Positions 51,075 through 63,956 of a stretch of 63,991 nucleotides of DNA are shown piece after piece. The position numbers and the translations under genes were made by a program. The stretch's first letter is position 1; each line of letters starts with the position of its first letter. Source of the DNA: Octopus bimaculoides (Eukaryota); the NCBI RefSeq assembly GCF_001194135.2, contig NC_068987.1:93314855-93378845 (forward strand), read 5' to 3'. The notes beneath the pieces are model-generated. The model was not told the DNA's origin. It saw nothing but the letters and a program-made list of their open reading frames with translations, and did not search any database.

Positions 51075-52600
51075 AATAAGAATTTTCGGAATAAATTACA
51101 AATTTTCATTGTGCTATTAATAGATTGCATTTGGAGAATCTTTTTCTGTGAAACCGAGTATTTCTAGAGTTTTGCGCATATTCGTTGGTACACGACCTAA
51201 TACACCTATGATGATAAGTACAAATGAGAATTCATAGTCAGGATACAAAAGCTGTAAGTTCTGCATTGATTCGCCATAATGTTCTCCTTTTCAGGGAATT
51301 TTATTGTACATTCACATCTACTGAGCAGCTGCAGTCTACGGCATACCATTTGTTACCTGAGCCACAAAACAATATCAGGCCTGTTATGTTTACGGTGAAT
51401 TGATTGTACCTTCAGTATTTTCTGATTTTAATGGTGTACATACCTGCTGGCTTTGCCTTGCCTTTGATTTATAATTAGGGCAGTTCTTCTTTCGGATAAC
51501 GCTGTAAATAGTCTTGCAATTATATCTTGTCCCAGGGGCAGGTAATTTATCGTAGACATTTCGAGGCAGCTGCTGTGATGTGGGGAATATCTTGCACACT
51601 GCTATAGTTGAGCAAACTGCTTCCCTCACAACTTGGAATTTGATGGTGTCTCTGTTCTTCTTGTTTAACAGGTATTTAGTAGCCCTTTAGTATTCTTGGA
51701 TAGCTGAGGCATATCTTCTCGGTGGGATGTAATATATCTATTAACGGTCAAGGGGAGGCTACTCTTTCTAACAATGTTGTGCCTTCTAGATTATGAGATA
51801 TGTATCTATGCGTTGATTTTTACAAGTATGGTGTCTGCTTCTCTTCCAAGTTTCTGTTTAGGTAGGCCTGTCCAGCCTTCCTTAGGTCGCTTGAGACAGT
51901 TGTATTCCCAGAGTACCTCCGCTGTACTTTCTTCCCAGCTCTGAAGCTACTGTCGCTCTCACTTTTGAATATGCATAGAATGTGCTCATTTCTTTCTTGA
52001 ATGTTCAGCAGGTATTGTCTGAGTGACACAAACCGACATTCGAAGGCTGTTTGTACTGACGGATTCTCCCACTCCCATCACTTCGTCTCGCACAAATCTT
52101 ATGAGGTTTACTGTTAATGTGGATGTTGCCAGTCGTAGTCAGTATCATTCTTGTGTTGATATCCAGGCTGCGTGTCTTGTCGAGTGACCAGTCCAGTATC
52201 CCAAATGTTGGTACTAGCACTGGTATTGCAAAGGCATTGTGAGATATGATCTTGTAAATTACTAACAGTTGTGAGTTCCACGCATTCCGGAGTCTACAAA
52301 TGTTGTTTGTTATTCTGCTTTGTTATTCTGGTTTTAGTAACAACACCAGCGTTGCAACATTTGCATCGATCCTGAAATAATTGTAGCTTTCTTCATTAGT
52401 GCTAAGTGAGGTGGAAAAACCGTTGAAGTTCATATTTTCTGTCTGGTCGACAATCTTCCCTCCGTTGACTGGCTTGTATGAGCATTTAACTTGCCTAAGC
52501 TCTATTCCTATATCTCGTGGGAATGTTGTGATTAGTTCTAATTGACACTTGATATTGGTCATAGAATATAACTTTAAGCCTTGAAGAAAAATATATGGCT
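51075..52600 (-). mobile_element. Decayed R4/Dong-type LINE, 3' 1.5 kb (RT C-half to endonuclease C-terminus)
   Basis: DIGIELRQVKC..GKI..NEESYNYF; HNAFAIPVLVPTFGILDW..LDINTRMIL; KHNRPDIVLW; YPDYEFSFVLIIIGVLGRVP; many frameshifts. Confidence 0.88.
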
Positions 52601-52999
52601 GACATTAGTTTCGTTCTTTTCTTCATATCCCAGCATGTAGTTTTGTCATTTTGTTAACGGGGCCCACGAGGAGACCACTGCCAGTACAGACAACATTACA
52701 GCTAACTAAAACGCCTGTTAATAGCTTCCTTTTGTTTTGTAACAATAGGTTTTGCTTTTGTAGCTGTCAGTTATAACTGTGGAACACTTTGTTTTCAGTC
52801 TCTCAGTGGCATTCACTATAGCAGCTGGTATTTTGGCAAGGTGTGGGGATTCTGTTAGTGAAGCCCAGAATCGAACGCCATTATATTGCTTCCCATGTAT
52901 GTATGTTATTTTCTGTTTTTGATTATGTAAGTTCTTTTGAAAAAGGAGCTAGTATCTGACAACGATACAAAGCTCCATCGCTGGAATGGAGACAACGAA

Positions 53000-53420
53000 C
53001 ACAATGTCACATTTTAATCTTGAGAAAAGTCTTACATATTTTTACTGTCGTGCGTCTTGGTTGGTTGTTTTCTTTTTCTGAAACTCTAACTTATCTTGAT
53101 TGTCGCTTACGCATTTCCCCACGGACCCTAGTGCTACAGTTCATATTGGTATTAAATGTGAATGAATAATCTGAATATAGAAATGAAATGTTTAGAAGCA
53201 TTTGTCCAAAGTTATCTCACTTCTCTACAATTTTCAAAGAGATATTCACATTAGCAGGACAGTTGACCAGTATGATGATACACATTTTTTTCTTCTCCGT
53301 CTCAAATAACAATATCCGGCCAGTTATGCTTGCACTTGACGAACGTTTTGATTTGAATGCACCTCCTGTATTCCTTGTGCTGGTATTTGTGAACATATTC
53401 AATAACAGACGGATTCTTTA
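53000..53420 (-). mobile_element. R4/Dong-type endonuclease fragment (separate copy)
   Basis: IKTFVKCKHNWPDIVI / CIIILVNCPANVNISLKIVEK*DN / VALGSVGKC. Confidence 0.75.
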
Positions 53421-54529
53421 TATTTATTCCAGGTCAGTATGTTTTGATGTATGTATGTATGTATGTATGTATGTATGTATGTATGCATGTATGTATGCCT
53501 TTGTTCAGTTTTATTTCAAGACTTCTTGCAAATAGAGAAAGAACCGATCTCTAAACTAGATCCAACTCATCTTCGTTGGAATTTCAACATCAACAACAGG
53601 GTACTTTTGTTTGTATGTATGTATATGTGCAGATTTGTTTGTTTTGTTTTGTGTATGTATTCGCATGCATATACTTGCATATCTAGACATGCTCAGATAT
53701 ATTTAAAATTCTGGGAAGTTTTTCGGAATTTTAAAGTTCCAGTGATGGGTTGGATCTGTAGTCTTCGAACTAGTTTTTCCTTTCTGGTTTTGAGAAGCCT
53801 AATTTCCCAAGATTGGTATTTAGGCAGTATATATGTAGGTATGTATGTATGCATGTATGTATATATGCATGCATGCATCCATGTATGTAAGGGTGTATGT
53901 ATGTACGTATGTATGTACATATGTATATATGTATGCATGCATGTATGCAAGTGTGTATGTATGTATGTATGTATGTATTTATATTTCTTTATGTATACAT
54001 ATTTCATGCATTTTGCTGACGATATTTATAGAAATACTTAACGACGCAGCTCCAATGAATCTTTGAGAAATGCTCTTTGCAATCAGAAGTATAGGTGTTA
54101 GATATGTCACTGCGGCATCTTCATTGAAATTTGTCGTTGTTTTGGACGTCTTATGATTCAGAATGAAACGTTAATAACAGAAAATGTCTCGAGGAAATTC
54201 GGACTGAATTTACCTGTAATTATCTGGTCCACGCATCACCTACTGCGTCCCGCTGAGTCAGCCAGAGAATTGCGCAAGAGATACCTGCCGATGTGGATTT
54301 CTCAGTCATGTACAATGTAATTCGGAGTTTAATTACTGTGCTTAATGGAATATCATTGTGTAGCCAACAGAGATCGATATATTTAATTACAGGCACACAC
54401 AAACCTGAGCTTCATAAACGCACACACACATACACATATGTATGTTTGTGTGTGTGAGTTTGTGTATTTGTGTATTCATGCATTTATGTGTATGTATATA
54501 TAGAAAAATGGATTACACCACCTTATAAG

Positions 54530-54560
<31 letters not shown>

Positions 54561-54562
54561 GA

Positions 54563-54636
<74 letters not shown>

Positions 54637-55104
54637 GTATTTATGCATGTACCGAAAGATGCGTGCGTTTGTGTGAGCATTGAAATTACTTTTCTATGTA
54701 ATTAATGCATAGTTGTCATGATAGAATTAGCAACTTTAATTAGAAATACTAGAAAACCTCATGCAGCAGTGAGGTTTTCAAACAGCAATAAAACATCCAA
54801 TGATTCAGTTATGTTAATTATCATATAACCTAAATTTTAAAGGTTATGTTGAAGGAACAGTTTTAATTACTAGCATCGTACTTAACTGGCAACCTGTTTC
54901 GCTTCTTTTATGTGCTCAAATACTCTTGGGAATCCCTTCATTATCGCATGAATTTAAATTACCCCTACCCTGTCATTCTATACGATATATATATATATAG
55001 ACAAATGGAAGCATACATATTCATATCTATACAACTAAGCACATGGTACCTGAATATCAAAGTCAGAGTAATATACCTTTCTATTGATTATTTACATTTT
55101 CAAA

Positions 55105-55292
55105 GATATCGGTCTTCATCTTGTTTGATGTTAACACAACGTTTCGGCTGATATACCCTCCAGCCTTCATCAGGTGTCTGGGTTCTCATTCCTAATGTAT
55201 TTTTCGATGTTATTATTATTATTATTATTATTATTCAGGTAACTGCCTAGATTCGAACTCGGAATCTTGGGGTTAGTAGCCCGCGCCCTATG
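55105..55292 (-). mobile_element. tRNA-headed SINE-like element with an (AAT)n linker and a hammerhead 3' module (family H1)
   Basis: Minus strand: ggcgcgggctactaaccccaagattccGAGTTCGAATCtaggcagttacctg (B box 55250-55260), (aat)8, catcgaaaaatacattaggaatgagaaccc, hammerhead, then gttaacatcaaacaagatga. Confidence 0.8.
55133..55178 (-). ncRNA. Intact minimal type-I hammerhead ribozyme motif
   Basis: GACAC-CUGAUGA-A-GGCUGG(aggguaua)UCAGCC-GAAAC-GUU-GUGUU: canonical core, 6-bp stem II (one G-U), loopless ACGU stem III, 5-bp stem I; predicted cut between 55138 and 55137. Confidence 0.75.
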
Positions 55293-56059
55293 CCCATGTG
55301 CAATTATGGAGTAAATTTTAGGGCTTATAAAGCTAATATTTTCCTATCCTTCCTTAATACTGGTTCCCATATGTTATTCATATCTATACTCGTTCTGCTT
55401 AAGAGATTGTTGTGTCCTAGCATATGTGCTGCTTCTATTGACGAAAATATCTTCACAAACTCTTATTCAGAGTTTCACACGACCGTTCTGAAACAGTTTA
55501 TTATTATATTTAACTAACGATTCTGTAATAATGTTGGTTTATTAATGGTTTCTGGTGGTTGTCAGCTATTTACGACAAATGAGAATATTCAGTTTGGTAA
55601 ACAAGGCTTTTTCTCTACTTGAGATTGGGAAACGGTTTCGGTCTCAATGGATAAATGTGTAATGCAGTCTACACCATACACTTTCAAGAAGAGTTGCAAC
55701 TGTCATTTTAATCCATCGTGTGTAATTTCGAGTTAGTGGAGAGGAAAATCCCTGCGTTATATATCGCTTGGGAGACCTGTCTGTTTGCTGCAGAACACAT
55801 TTTATATTTGCCTTCGTATAATGACTATCATACTACACTTTCGATATTTCTTCAATGCTATTAATTATTGCATCTGAATAAAGGAGATTGCATAATGAGA
55901 TTTGAACATATGAATTTTTCTACAGAATGCTGTGTAACAACAACATTTCATGCTGAAGTGATTAGACATACATCCAGTGAAACTGATTTCAATAACATCC
56001 CCTTTTATTACAACTTTCGTATATACCATAAGTGGATTCACTTTAAGTGATGTGGTCCG

Positions 56060-57000
56060 TAAGAACTGGAAAATCCCAAAGTACTGTTACATTTTCTCCC
56101 TCAGTTACAGGATGATGCTTATATCACATCTTAACATTTTTGATTTTATAATGCCGACATAGTAACTAGTTTAGATATTGGTCAACTTTGTCAGGTCATG
56201 ATTTATACTGGAAAGGTGCTAAAACTTTACATCCAGAGAATGGGTGGCCTGTTGTTTCATTTTAACCTTGCACAATTGGCATGTCGGGTCTACTATATAT
56301 ATTTTTTATCAAATTCGTTTGGTTGTTCTGAGTTAAGCAGCTACAATGAATTCTTCGCACGCTGCCTTTATCTGTGAACTTCGTAGCCATTGATAGGTGT
56401 GCTTCTGGTTCACATCACCTTCCTTGCTGCGGGTCACATATTTGCCATGCGGACGTTTTTTGCTCACATCTACCAGCCAATAATTGATGCCTTTTTTTTA
56501 TTTTGCTATTAATTTTCATTCATGAAATTAGTAGACAATTTTTTTCTTCTTCAAGTTACAACAATTTTTTATCAGCATCTACAGCACCACTGATTATTTT
56601 TCTATTTTCCTGGAAGATAAGATAATTGGAGCATGGTTATATTATATGAAATTTGTCTCAGTTTCTGCCTTTCTTTACGTTTAATATTTTTCCACTTCAT
56701 CAATTTACGAATTGGAACATCTGAATCTCAGCCGAGTTGTTTTGTTGGGTTGCACTTAATCAGCCTCAATATGTTCTGCTTTTCTGTCTTGTTACATAAA
56801 TGCATATTGAATATATATTTGTACAATACTGAGCATGAGTTTGTCGTGGTTCTGTAGACGGATCCCTATATCGCTTGTTGTAATTTAATCAATGGTCATT
56901 ATATCGGATACCGGTTTTAGGAAGAAAGTGTTTTATTTAAGTTGTGCTGGTAGATAAGTTACAAGAGTTTTGTATTGAATGTGGTCAGCGCTAAGCATTG
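56060..57000 (-). mobile_element. Decayed R4/Dong-type LINE fragment including the CCHC knuckle
   Basis: HGKYVTR..TYQWLRSSQIKA..EEFIVAA; DPTCQLCK..ETT.H..SGCKVLAP; EGENVTVLWDFPVLTD. The core 56070-56450 is clear; the upstream limit is approximate. Confidence 0.82.
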
Positions 57001-57179
57001 CTCTTGCATGGACTGTGAGCAATGTTATATACATTGTATGCTTGAGTTTATATTCATGAATAAAACCTCTTGATTCCATTATTCATGCTGTTTTCATTTT
57101 CTTCTCAACAATTTTCTTGTTTCAATTTACAGACATTAATATAAGGAAAATTTCCTAACTTCATTTCAGGAATGAGTTT

Positions 57180-57620
57180 GCGATGTATAGATTGAAATAT
57201 CTAAGAGTAAACATGAATTTACGTTGATATTCTAGAAAATGTCATCTGTAGATTTCGCTTTGTCTCAATTGTCAGTGTACAGAATCATCTCCCAAGTCTA
57301 TTGTGGTCAAATCATTGTTACATACCATAATTCAAATAAGTTTATATCAGTTATTGCAGGTTTTCATATCAAAATGCCGGTATATGACAGAAGTGGTACG
57401 GAAGCTATGAAACTTTTGATCGAATTCAGTAGGAAGTGAGCATCTGTAAGTTAGGTGGGTTGTCGTCTCATTGCACTTCTTTGCATAATCTGCATTTGAC
57501 GCTGGCATTCTTGCAATATCTTCTTTTTGTAATTATGCTTAACTTGGTATTGATGTTGTGGCTAGTTTTAGACCTGGTTCTGCTTTAAACAAGAGATATG
57601 AGTCACTGTTAGTTCTTAAT
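57180..57620 (-). mobile_element. Further decayed R4/Dong-type fragment
   Basis: VKCRLCKEV / ETTTHLTYRCS zinc-knuckle pattern. Confidence 0.6.
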
Positions 57621-57885
57621 CTGATATAATTCTTCTCTGTCGATACTTGTCAATTATTGAAAATGGAGGGGATTTTCTACGAAGCTTCTAAAGAACTATA
57701 ATGTGTATTTGTACACGCTCATTACGTTCTCTTTCTTTTTTTTTAGATATTGGTAACTTTTCTTGTCGGAAGGTATAAAATACCATCAAATATTAGAGTT
57801 GATTTAATCGACTAACATCTACAGCAAATTTAAAATCTTATGACTATATTAGAAAGATATAGAATAATAACAGAACAAAAATAGT

Positions 57886-58034
57886 ATTTTGTACTATATG
57901 CATAAGGTCAGAAATTCTGGGGTAGGTGTAGGCGATCACACCGATCCCAGTTTGAAGCAGTAATTATTTTATCGATTCCGAACGGATGAAAGGCACAGTC
58001 GATCTCGGCAGAATTTGAATTCAGATCGTAAAGA
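57886..58034 (-). mobile_element. SINE family A, 5'-truncated
   Basis: ttatttttatcgattccgaacggatgaaaggcacagtcgatctcggcagaatttgaattcagatcgtaaagacagac-type core, reverse complement of the family consensus. Confidence 0.75.
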
Positions 58035-58683
58035 CAGACAAAATTAATAACAGTGTTTTCTGTGGTAACCGCGGAGGGTTCACCAGATCATTGGAGATGA
58101 GATGAGAGAATGCAATGAGAAACTGCATAAAAGAATGTAAAAAGCAGAATAACAATAATAATAGTTATCAAACAATGACTATTTGCCACAAAGGAGGACT
58201 CTGAGCGCTGCTTGTTGAAGCTGCATAAAGCAATAATCAACATCACATCTAAGACAAGACCCTTGTCGCTGTTATTCTTTAGTCAACAGGCGAATGATCA
58301 CATGACGTCCAAGGCAAATGTTAACTTCCAGTCCTTGTTTTGAAAGATGCGTGAAATTAGAAAGAATGATCTTTGCGACCAGGCCTGTCCTACGCATGCT
58401 CCTCTAGATTGACGGAAGAGGTTGGCAAGAAACCATTTGCTCAAATGGTTAAGCTGACCATGGTTTTGTGTTTATTGGACGGTCATTTCTTGAAGATCTT
58501 GATGAACTTTCTCGTTTGCATCTCTTGTCTCTGTCTCTATTTCACTGCCCTCACGCCTTTTTGCAGCGTCCTTCATTTTATTGTAAACATTAAGTGGTTA
58601 ATAAAGATATTATTACTATGACTTTTGTTGTTCTTGTTGTTTTAGTTGTTGTTATCATTATCATAATCATTATTAACCAAATG

Positions 58684-58806
58684 TCACTGAGGTCAACTTT
58701 CATCTTTTAGGGGTCGATGTCATAAGTACTAGTGGAGCACTGGTATCGATGAAATCGCTCATCCTCTTCCCCAAAACATTTAAGCCTTGTGCTTCCAGTG
58801 GAACGG

Positions 58807-58889
<83 letters not shown>

Positions 58890-58890
58890 C

Positions 58891-58922
<32 letters not shown>
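58684..58922 (+). mobile_element. SINE family A 3' fragment with (ATT)n(AGT)n tail
   Basis: gaggtcaactttcatcttttaggggtcgatg..aagtactagtggagcactgg..aagccttgtgc..gaacggattattatt. Confidence 0.7.
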
Positions 58923-59062
58923 AAATATTTGTATAATTATTATTATTGAATGATGATGATAAGTTAAAAATACAATACTTTTATATTTATATATTTATTA
59001 TTATTTATTTATTATCATTGTTACTATTGTTACTATTATTATTATTGTTGCTGCTGTTCCTG

Positions 59063-59127
<65 letters not shown>

Positions 59128-61312
59128 GTCATCATCATTTTGTGGTTATTTTAATGTTGCTATTACTGCAATTTTACTCTTTCGCTGTTTTCTAATTTTC
59201 TTTCAACTTCTTTACCTGACATCTGTGTATATTTGTTTCCGTGTGACTATTATGAGTCGCTGAGCTGTGTGTCAGACAATATATAAAATTACTAAAACTG
59301 TATACTTCGTTTTCCATTAAACTGTCATTTATATCGAAGAAAATAACCTCTTCTCAGCACAGATGGTCTTATAGCTTGACTGGTAAGCGAAGGTAATTTT
59401 GTCAAGTAGCCTTATACAATAGTATAGAGAGTAATGTAACATACATATGTATGTAAACACGGTTGATATATGAGTAATGTGCAAGCGAATTAGAATGTGT
59501 GACTGCTTACATACACCTAAACACACACTCACAAACACTTTCTCATACATAACGAAACACATGCATGGCAGTGTGGTTAGAATAGTTGAATAATATGTCC
59601 ATGAAAATATATATATATATATATATATATANNNNNNNNNNNNNNNNNNNNNNNNNNNNNNNNNNNNNNNNNNNNNNNNNNNNNNNNNNNNNNNNNNNNN
59701 NNNNNNNNNNNNNNNNNNNNNNNNNNNNNNNNNNNNNNNNNNNNNNNNNNNNNNNNNNNNNNNNNNNNNNNNNNNNNNNNNNNNNNNNNNNNNNNNNNNN
59801 NNNNNNNNNNNNNNNNNNNNNNNNNNNNNNNNNNNNNNNNNNNNNNNNNNNNNNNNNNNNNNNNNNNNNNNNNNNNNNNNNNNNNNNNNNNNNNNNNNNN
59901 NNNNNNNNNNNNNNNNNNNNNNNNNNNNNNNNNNNNNNNNNNNNNNNNNNNNNNNNNNNNNNNNNNNNNNNNNNNNNNNNNNNNNNNATATATATATATA
60001 TATATATATACACATACATATTATATATATATACATGTATATATATATATTCATACATATATATACATACGTATATATGTGTTTTTATAAATACATGTGT
60101 CTATATGTAAGAATATATGTAGATATACATATACACTTACATACATACGTACGTACGTAACAACACATGAAATTGTTTGTATGTGTGTGTTTGTGTGTGT
60201 GTGTGTGTCAGTGTGTGTGTGTGTGTGTGTGTGGGTGTGCGGGTGTGTGTGTGTTGGTGTGTGACTATAGAGAAAATTGAATAAAACTTTAACAACAGTT
60301 CAGCCATTTTGATAGGAGGATTAGTTTCCATTATTAAAACAGGTGATATTGACACAAATTTGTATAAATTCCAATAAAAAAGAAACTTCCATTCTATATT
60401 CAGTTATAAGGTCTATTAGTTTGGAGGTCAATTCCTGGAATAGAAAGAAATGATGTGAAGAACGTGCTAGTGAAGAAACCGTAGTTACTAGAGAAGTGTG
60501 AAATGTGCGGTAGTTTGTGTAAGTTTTTGTTCTGTGTTTGTAAATGCGTATCCTTGTCTATCCTGTACATATATCTGCGTGTGTGTCTGTGTGCTTGTGT
60601 GGCTGTGTGTTTGAGTGTATGTACATATGTATACACACACACAAACACACATATATATGTATATGTATACTGTTATAGTGGTAAGCATATTCTTATGTCA
60701 GACAGACAGTTAGTGGAGAAGGTAAACTTGAAATATATATATTTTCGACATACAAGAACGGAAGGAGCAAATGAAAGTGAGAAAACGAAAGAAAGAAAAC
60801 AGCTTGATTATTGAAAAAAAATTAATTTATAGGTGAAAATGAAAAGGATATATGTGAAGGAAAAATGTGTGATAAATCAACTAAGAATAGTAAATAAAAC
60901 GTATAAACAGATAATAACGAAGATTATAGAGACAATAAGGTACATAATGAATGTTATGTGAAAATAATTAAATAAGCACAGAACCTTATGTTTCAGAATA
61001 TGTTTGTTACATTGCGATGCAATCTGAGTTCAGTTTGTTGTTGATTTCGAGTTGTGATATAAAAGTCACCCCAAACATAATCGAGGTAATCAATCGTACA
61101 CATTGATCAGAGTTTGTTCAATGGAATTTAGTCATAGAGAAAAGAATAGATATATATATTTAAAGAATGTGTTTTGTTCACATGAAGAACTCATGTGTTA
61201 AAAGAAATATCGTAATCTGAATCAATTTGCGACAGACGACGTCAACGACTATGAGGCAATATGAGAGACAAGTGACGTTGACGTAATAAATGTAATGTGC
61301 GAGTGAGTAAGC

Positions 61313-61353
<41 letters not shown>

Positions 61354-62330
61354 ACAGATAGACAGACAGACACAGTGCTATTGACATCTGGGTGCCTATA
61401 CGTCTTAACGAGCGTTGCATATGATTTTTTCTTCATAGGTGTAGTAGAAAATAGTGAAGTGGCATCGGAGATTATGTATTCCGGTGAATGTATGCAAAAA
61501 CATCACAACGATGTCTCATAAAACTATAGATTGGTTGACGATCTAAAAAATATTCACCGGTCTAAAGCTTTCTACTGAGAAAACCTACATTACTTATTAA
61601 ATTTTGTACTCCTTATAAGACGGGTTCTTTGGGATGAGTTTAGCCACAAACTATGATACAATTAAATACCTATCGATAGGAACAACATCTTGTTCTAGAA
61701 TCGATCTGACAACAGTGACCTTCAATTCCTTCTTAAATAATGAAAAACGCCATCGGACGGTACAATGGTGCAACAGAATTCTGCCTTAAATGTCACACAA
61801 GGAAACCACGTCCTCTTACTAAAAAAATTTGCCATGATTTTGACAAAGATCACTGAAATTGACGTCATTGATAGCACAGTGGAATGATCAACATTTCAAT
61901 GATAACACATGAAAAGCAATGGACGTATGTGGCGGCACAACTCCTAGACAGGTGAGGATACGCAAACTAGCATCGTTCGCAGGAACGAATTACAAGAGGA
62001 TGGCCAGTCTCACTCACGAACTGATAGGGAGAAAACCCTCCTTTAAGGAGTTAGTATTCTGGACGTATACTACATTACTACCGTGCTATATTAATGCCTG
62101 TACATTTACTCCTTCAATACTTGGAAAGAAACGCGTACCGTCACATCTTCAAATTATTTCTGACCAGGTGATTTTGGGATGCTTTGGATTTTGCATCTGC
62201 AAAGACTCATAAATTTCAGTACATCAGTTAGGTTTTATGATAAACGTCTGTCATGTCATCTATATATTACTTTGATTAAGCTGTAATTTTCCATGTTTAG
62301 ACATGCGTTGACGAGCGTCGTCTGAAATTA

Positions 62331-63541
62331 TGAGGGGAGTTCATTAAAGATTTCTCCTGGTCTACTTCCAGCTACTGCAGGAAACGGAACTTTTAGAAGT
62401 ATAATTATACATGTCTCTACATGTCATATTGGAAATTGCAGCTTTTCTCTAGTATTCGTTTGTCATTTACAACCGCTGAAGTGGACTGAGGTGTTATAAT
62501 GGAGCGAGTGGAATGCAGATCAGTGATCAGGTTCTTATACTTGAAAGGTTGTACACCAAAAGAAACTTTCGATGAGACGATCGAAGTTTATGGTGAGGAT
62601 GCACCATCGCACAACGTAGTCAAACACTAGCATCGCCAGTTCAAACGTGGTCGGATATCGGTGGAAACTGCTCCTATTCCTGGACAACCACATCTGCTAT
62701 TGATGACGACACCATCCATAAAGTCGAAGCTGCCATTTTGGAGGATCGCCGCATAACTATTCGACAACTAGCCCAAGAAGTGAAGATAAGGGTAGAGTCT
62801 GTCAAAAATCATCTACAATCATTTGCACATATGGAGGTTGTCTGCACGATGGATTCCCCGAAAGCAATTTGCCAAGAAAACAAGGAGAACTTATCACACG
62901 GTATAAAACATGGGTGTATTACTATGATTCTGAGACTAAAGTCCAGATGAAGCAATGGAAGCATGACAAGTCACCACCTCCGAAGAGGGCTCGTGTCCAA
63001 ACCTTAGCATGTAAGGTAATGCTAATTCTTTTGGCATCAGCACACAGTATTGAGGAAGGACTTCACATTTAACGGAGCATATTATGTTTCTCTGCTTCAG
63101 AAATTGCAGGACGCCATCATAGTAGAGAGGCTTAGCATGCTGAACAAAGGAAAACATCTTCTCCAAGAGAACGCCCCAGTTTACAATGCACATGTTGCCC
63201 AGATGAAAGTACACTCCTGCAGCTACGAAATTCCTCCTTATTCCCCTTACTCTCCCAAACTTGCACCATCTGACTTCCACCTCTTTCCAACCATGAAGTC
63301 TTTCTTGAAGGGGAAGCAATTTTCGGATATATGATAAACTTATTCCCGTGGTAAAGCCTTGGCTCCAGAAGCAACCTACAAACTTCTAAAGACAAAGTCT
63401 TTAGGGCTACATAAATCGATGGGAGAAGTGTGTCACCATTGGTTGTGGCTATGTAGAGGAGGACTAATAATTATGCCAAGTTTCGTTCATCCCAGTCCTT
63501 CGGAAGTTTCGTTAGTAGAAATCAGTAATGAATACTCCTCG
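62331..63541 (+). mobile_element. Complete but inactive mariner (Tc1/mariner) transposon, 1211 bp
   Basis: TA at 62329-62330 and 63542-63543; 24-bp TIRs tgaggggagttcattaaagatttc versus reverse complement cgaggagtattcattactgatttc (18/24). Confidence 0.9.
62499..63400 (+). pseudogene. Mariner transposase pseudogene
   Basis: MERVECRSVIRFLYLKG..YGEDAPS..FKRGRISVE; EDRRITIRQLA; SARWIP; TWVYYYDSETK; LQENAPVY; YSPKLAPSDFHLFP; a stop and several frameshifts. Confidence 0.93.
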
Positions 63542-63956
63542 TATAATGTATAAAAATACCACACGAGCAATATATGTGGTGAAATTTTAGCAACTACCCT
63601 CAGACTAGCAGTGAGCAAGACGAGTGATGTATGATTGTAGAATTGTAGACTTTCATGTGCGATATGAGGTTAACAATGCGAAAAAGAATGACTATCATAT
63701 TGTGTAAGTCGACGATAGCTACAGAGGGGTGGAATGTTGAATTACGAAACACAGACATTGATTTAGATCTTAAATTCTAAAAAAAGTCCGTTTTTCCAAA
63801 TTTTCAGTAACGATCAACAATTTGCAGGATAAATTCCTACTAGAACTTTTGTAACGCGGTCAAGGTATCCATTTACCAATCAAAACCTCAATAAATCAAT
63901 ATATATACATACACACATTTACAAATACATATACAGGTATATATATTCATATACGA

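Noticed and set aside
61880-61951. Exon-like segment ...EKQWTYVAAQLLDR resembling the pre-M4 motif of Cys-loop receptors
   Set aside because: Spacing is one residue off, the acceptor is weak and no other receptor exons are visible.
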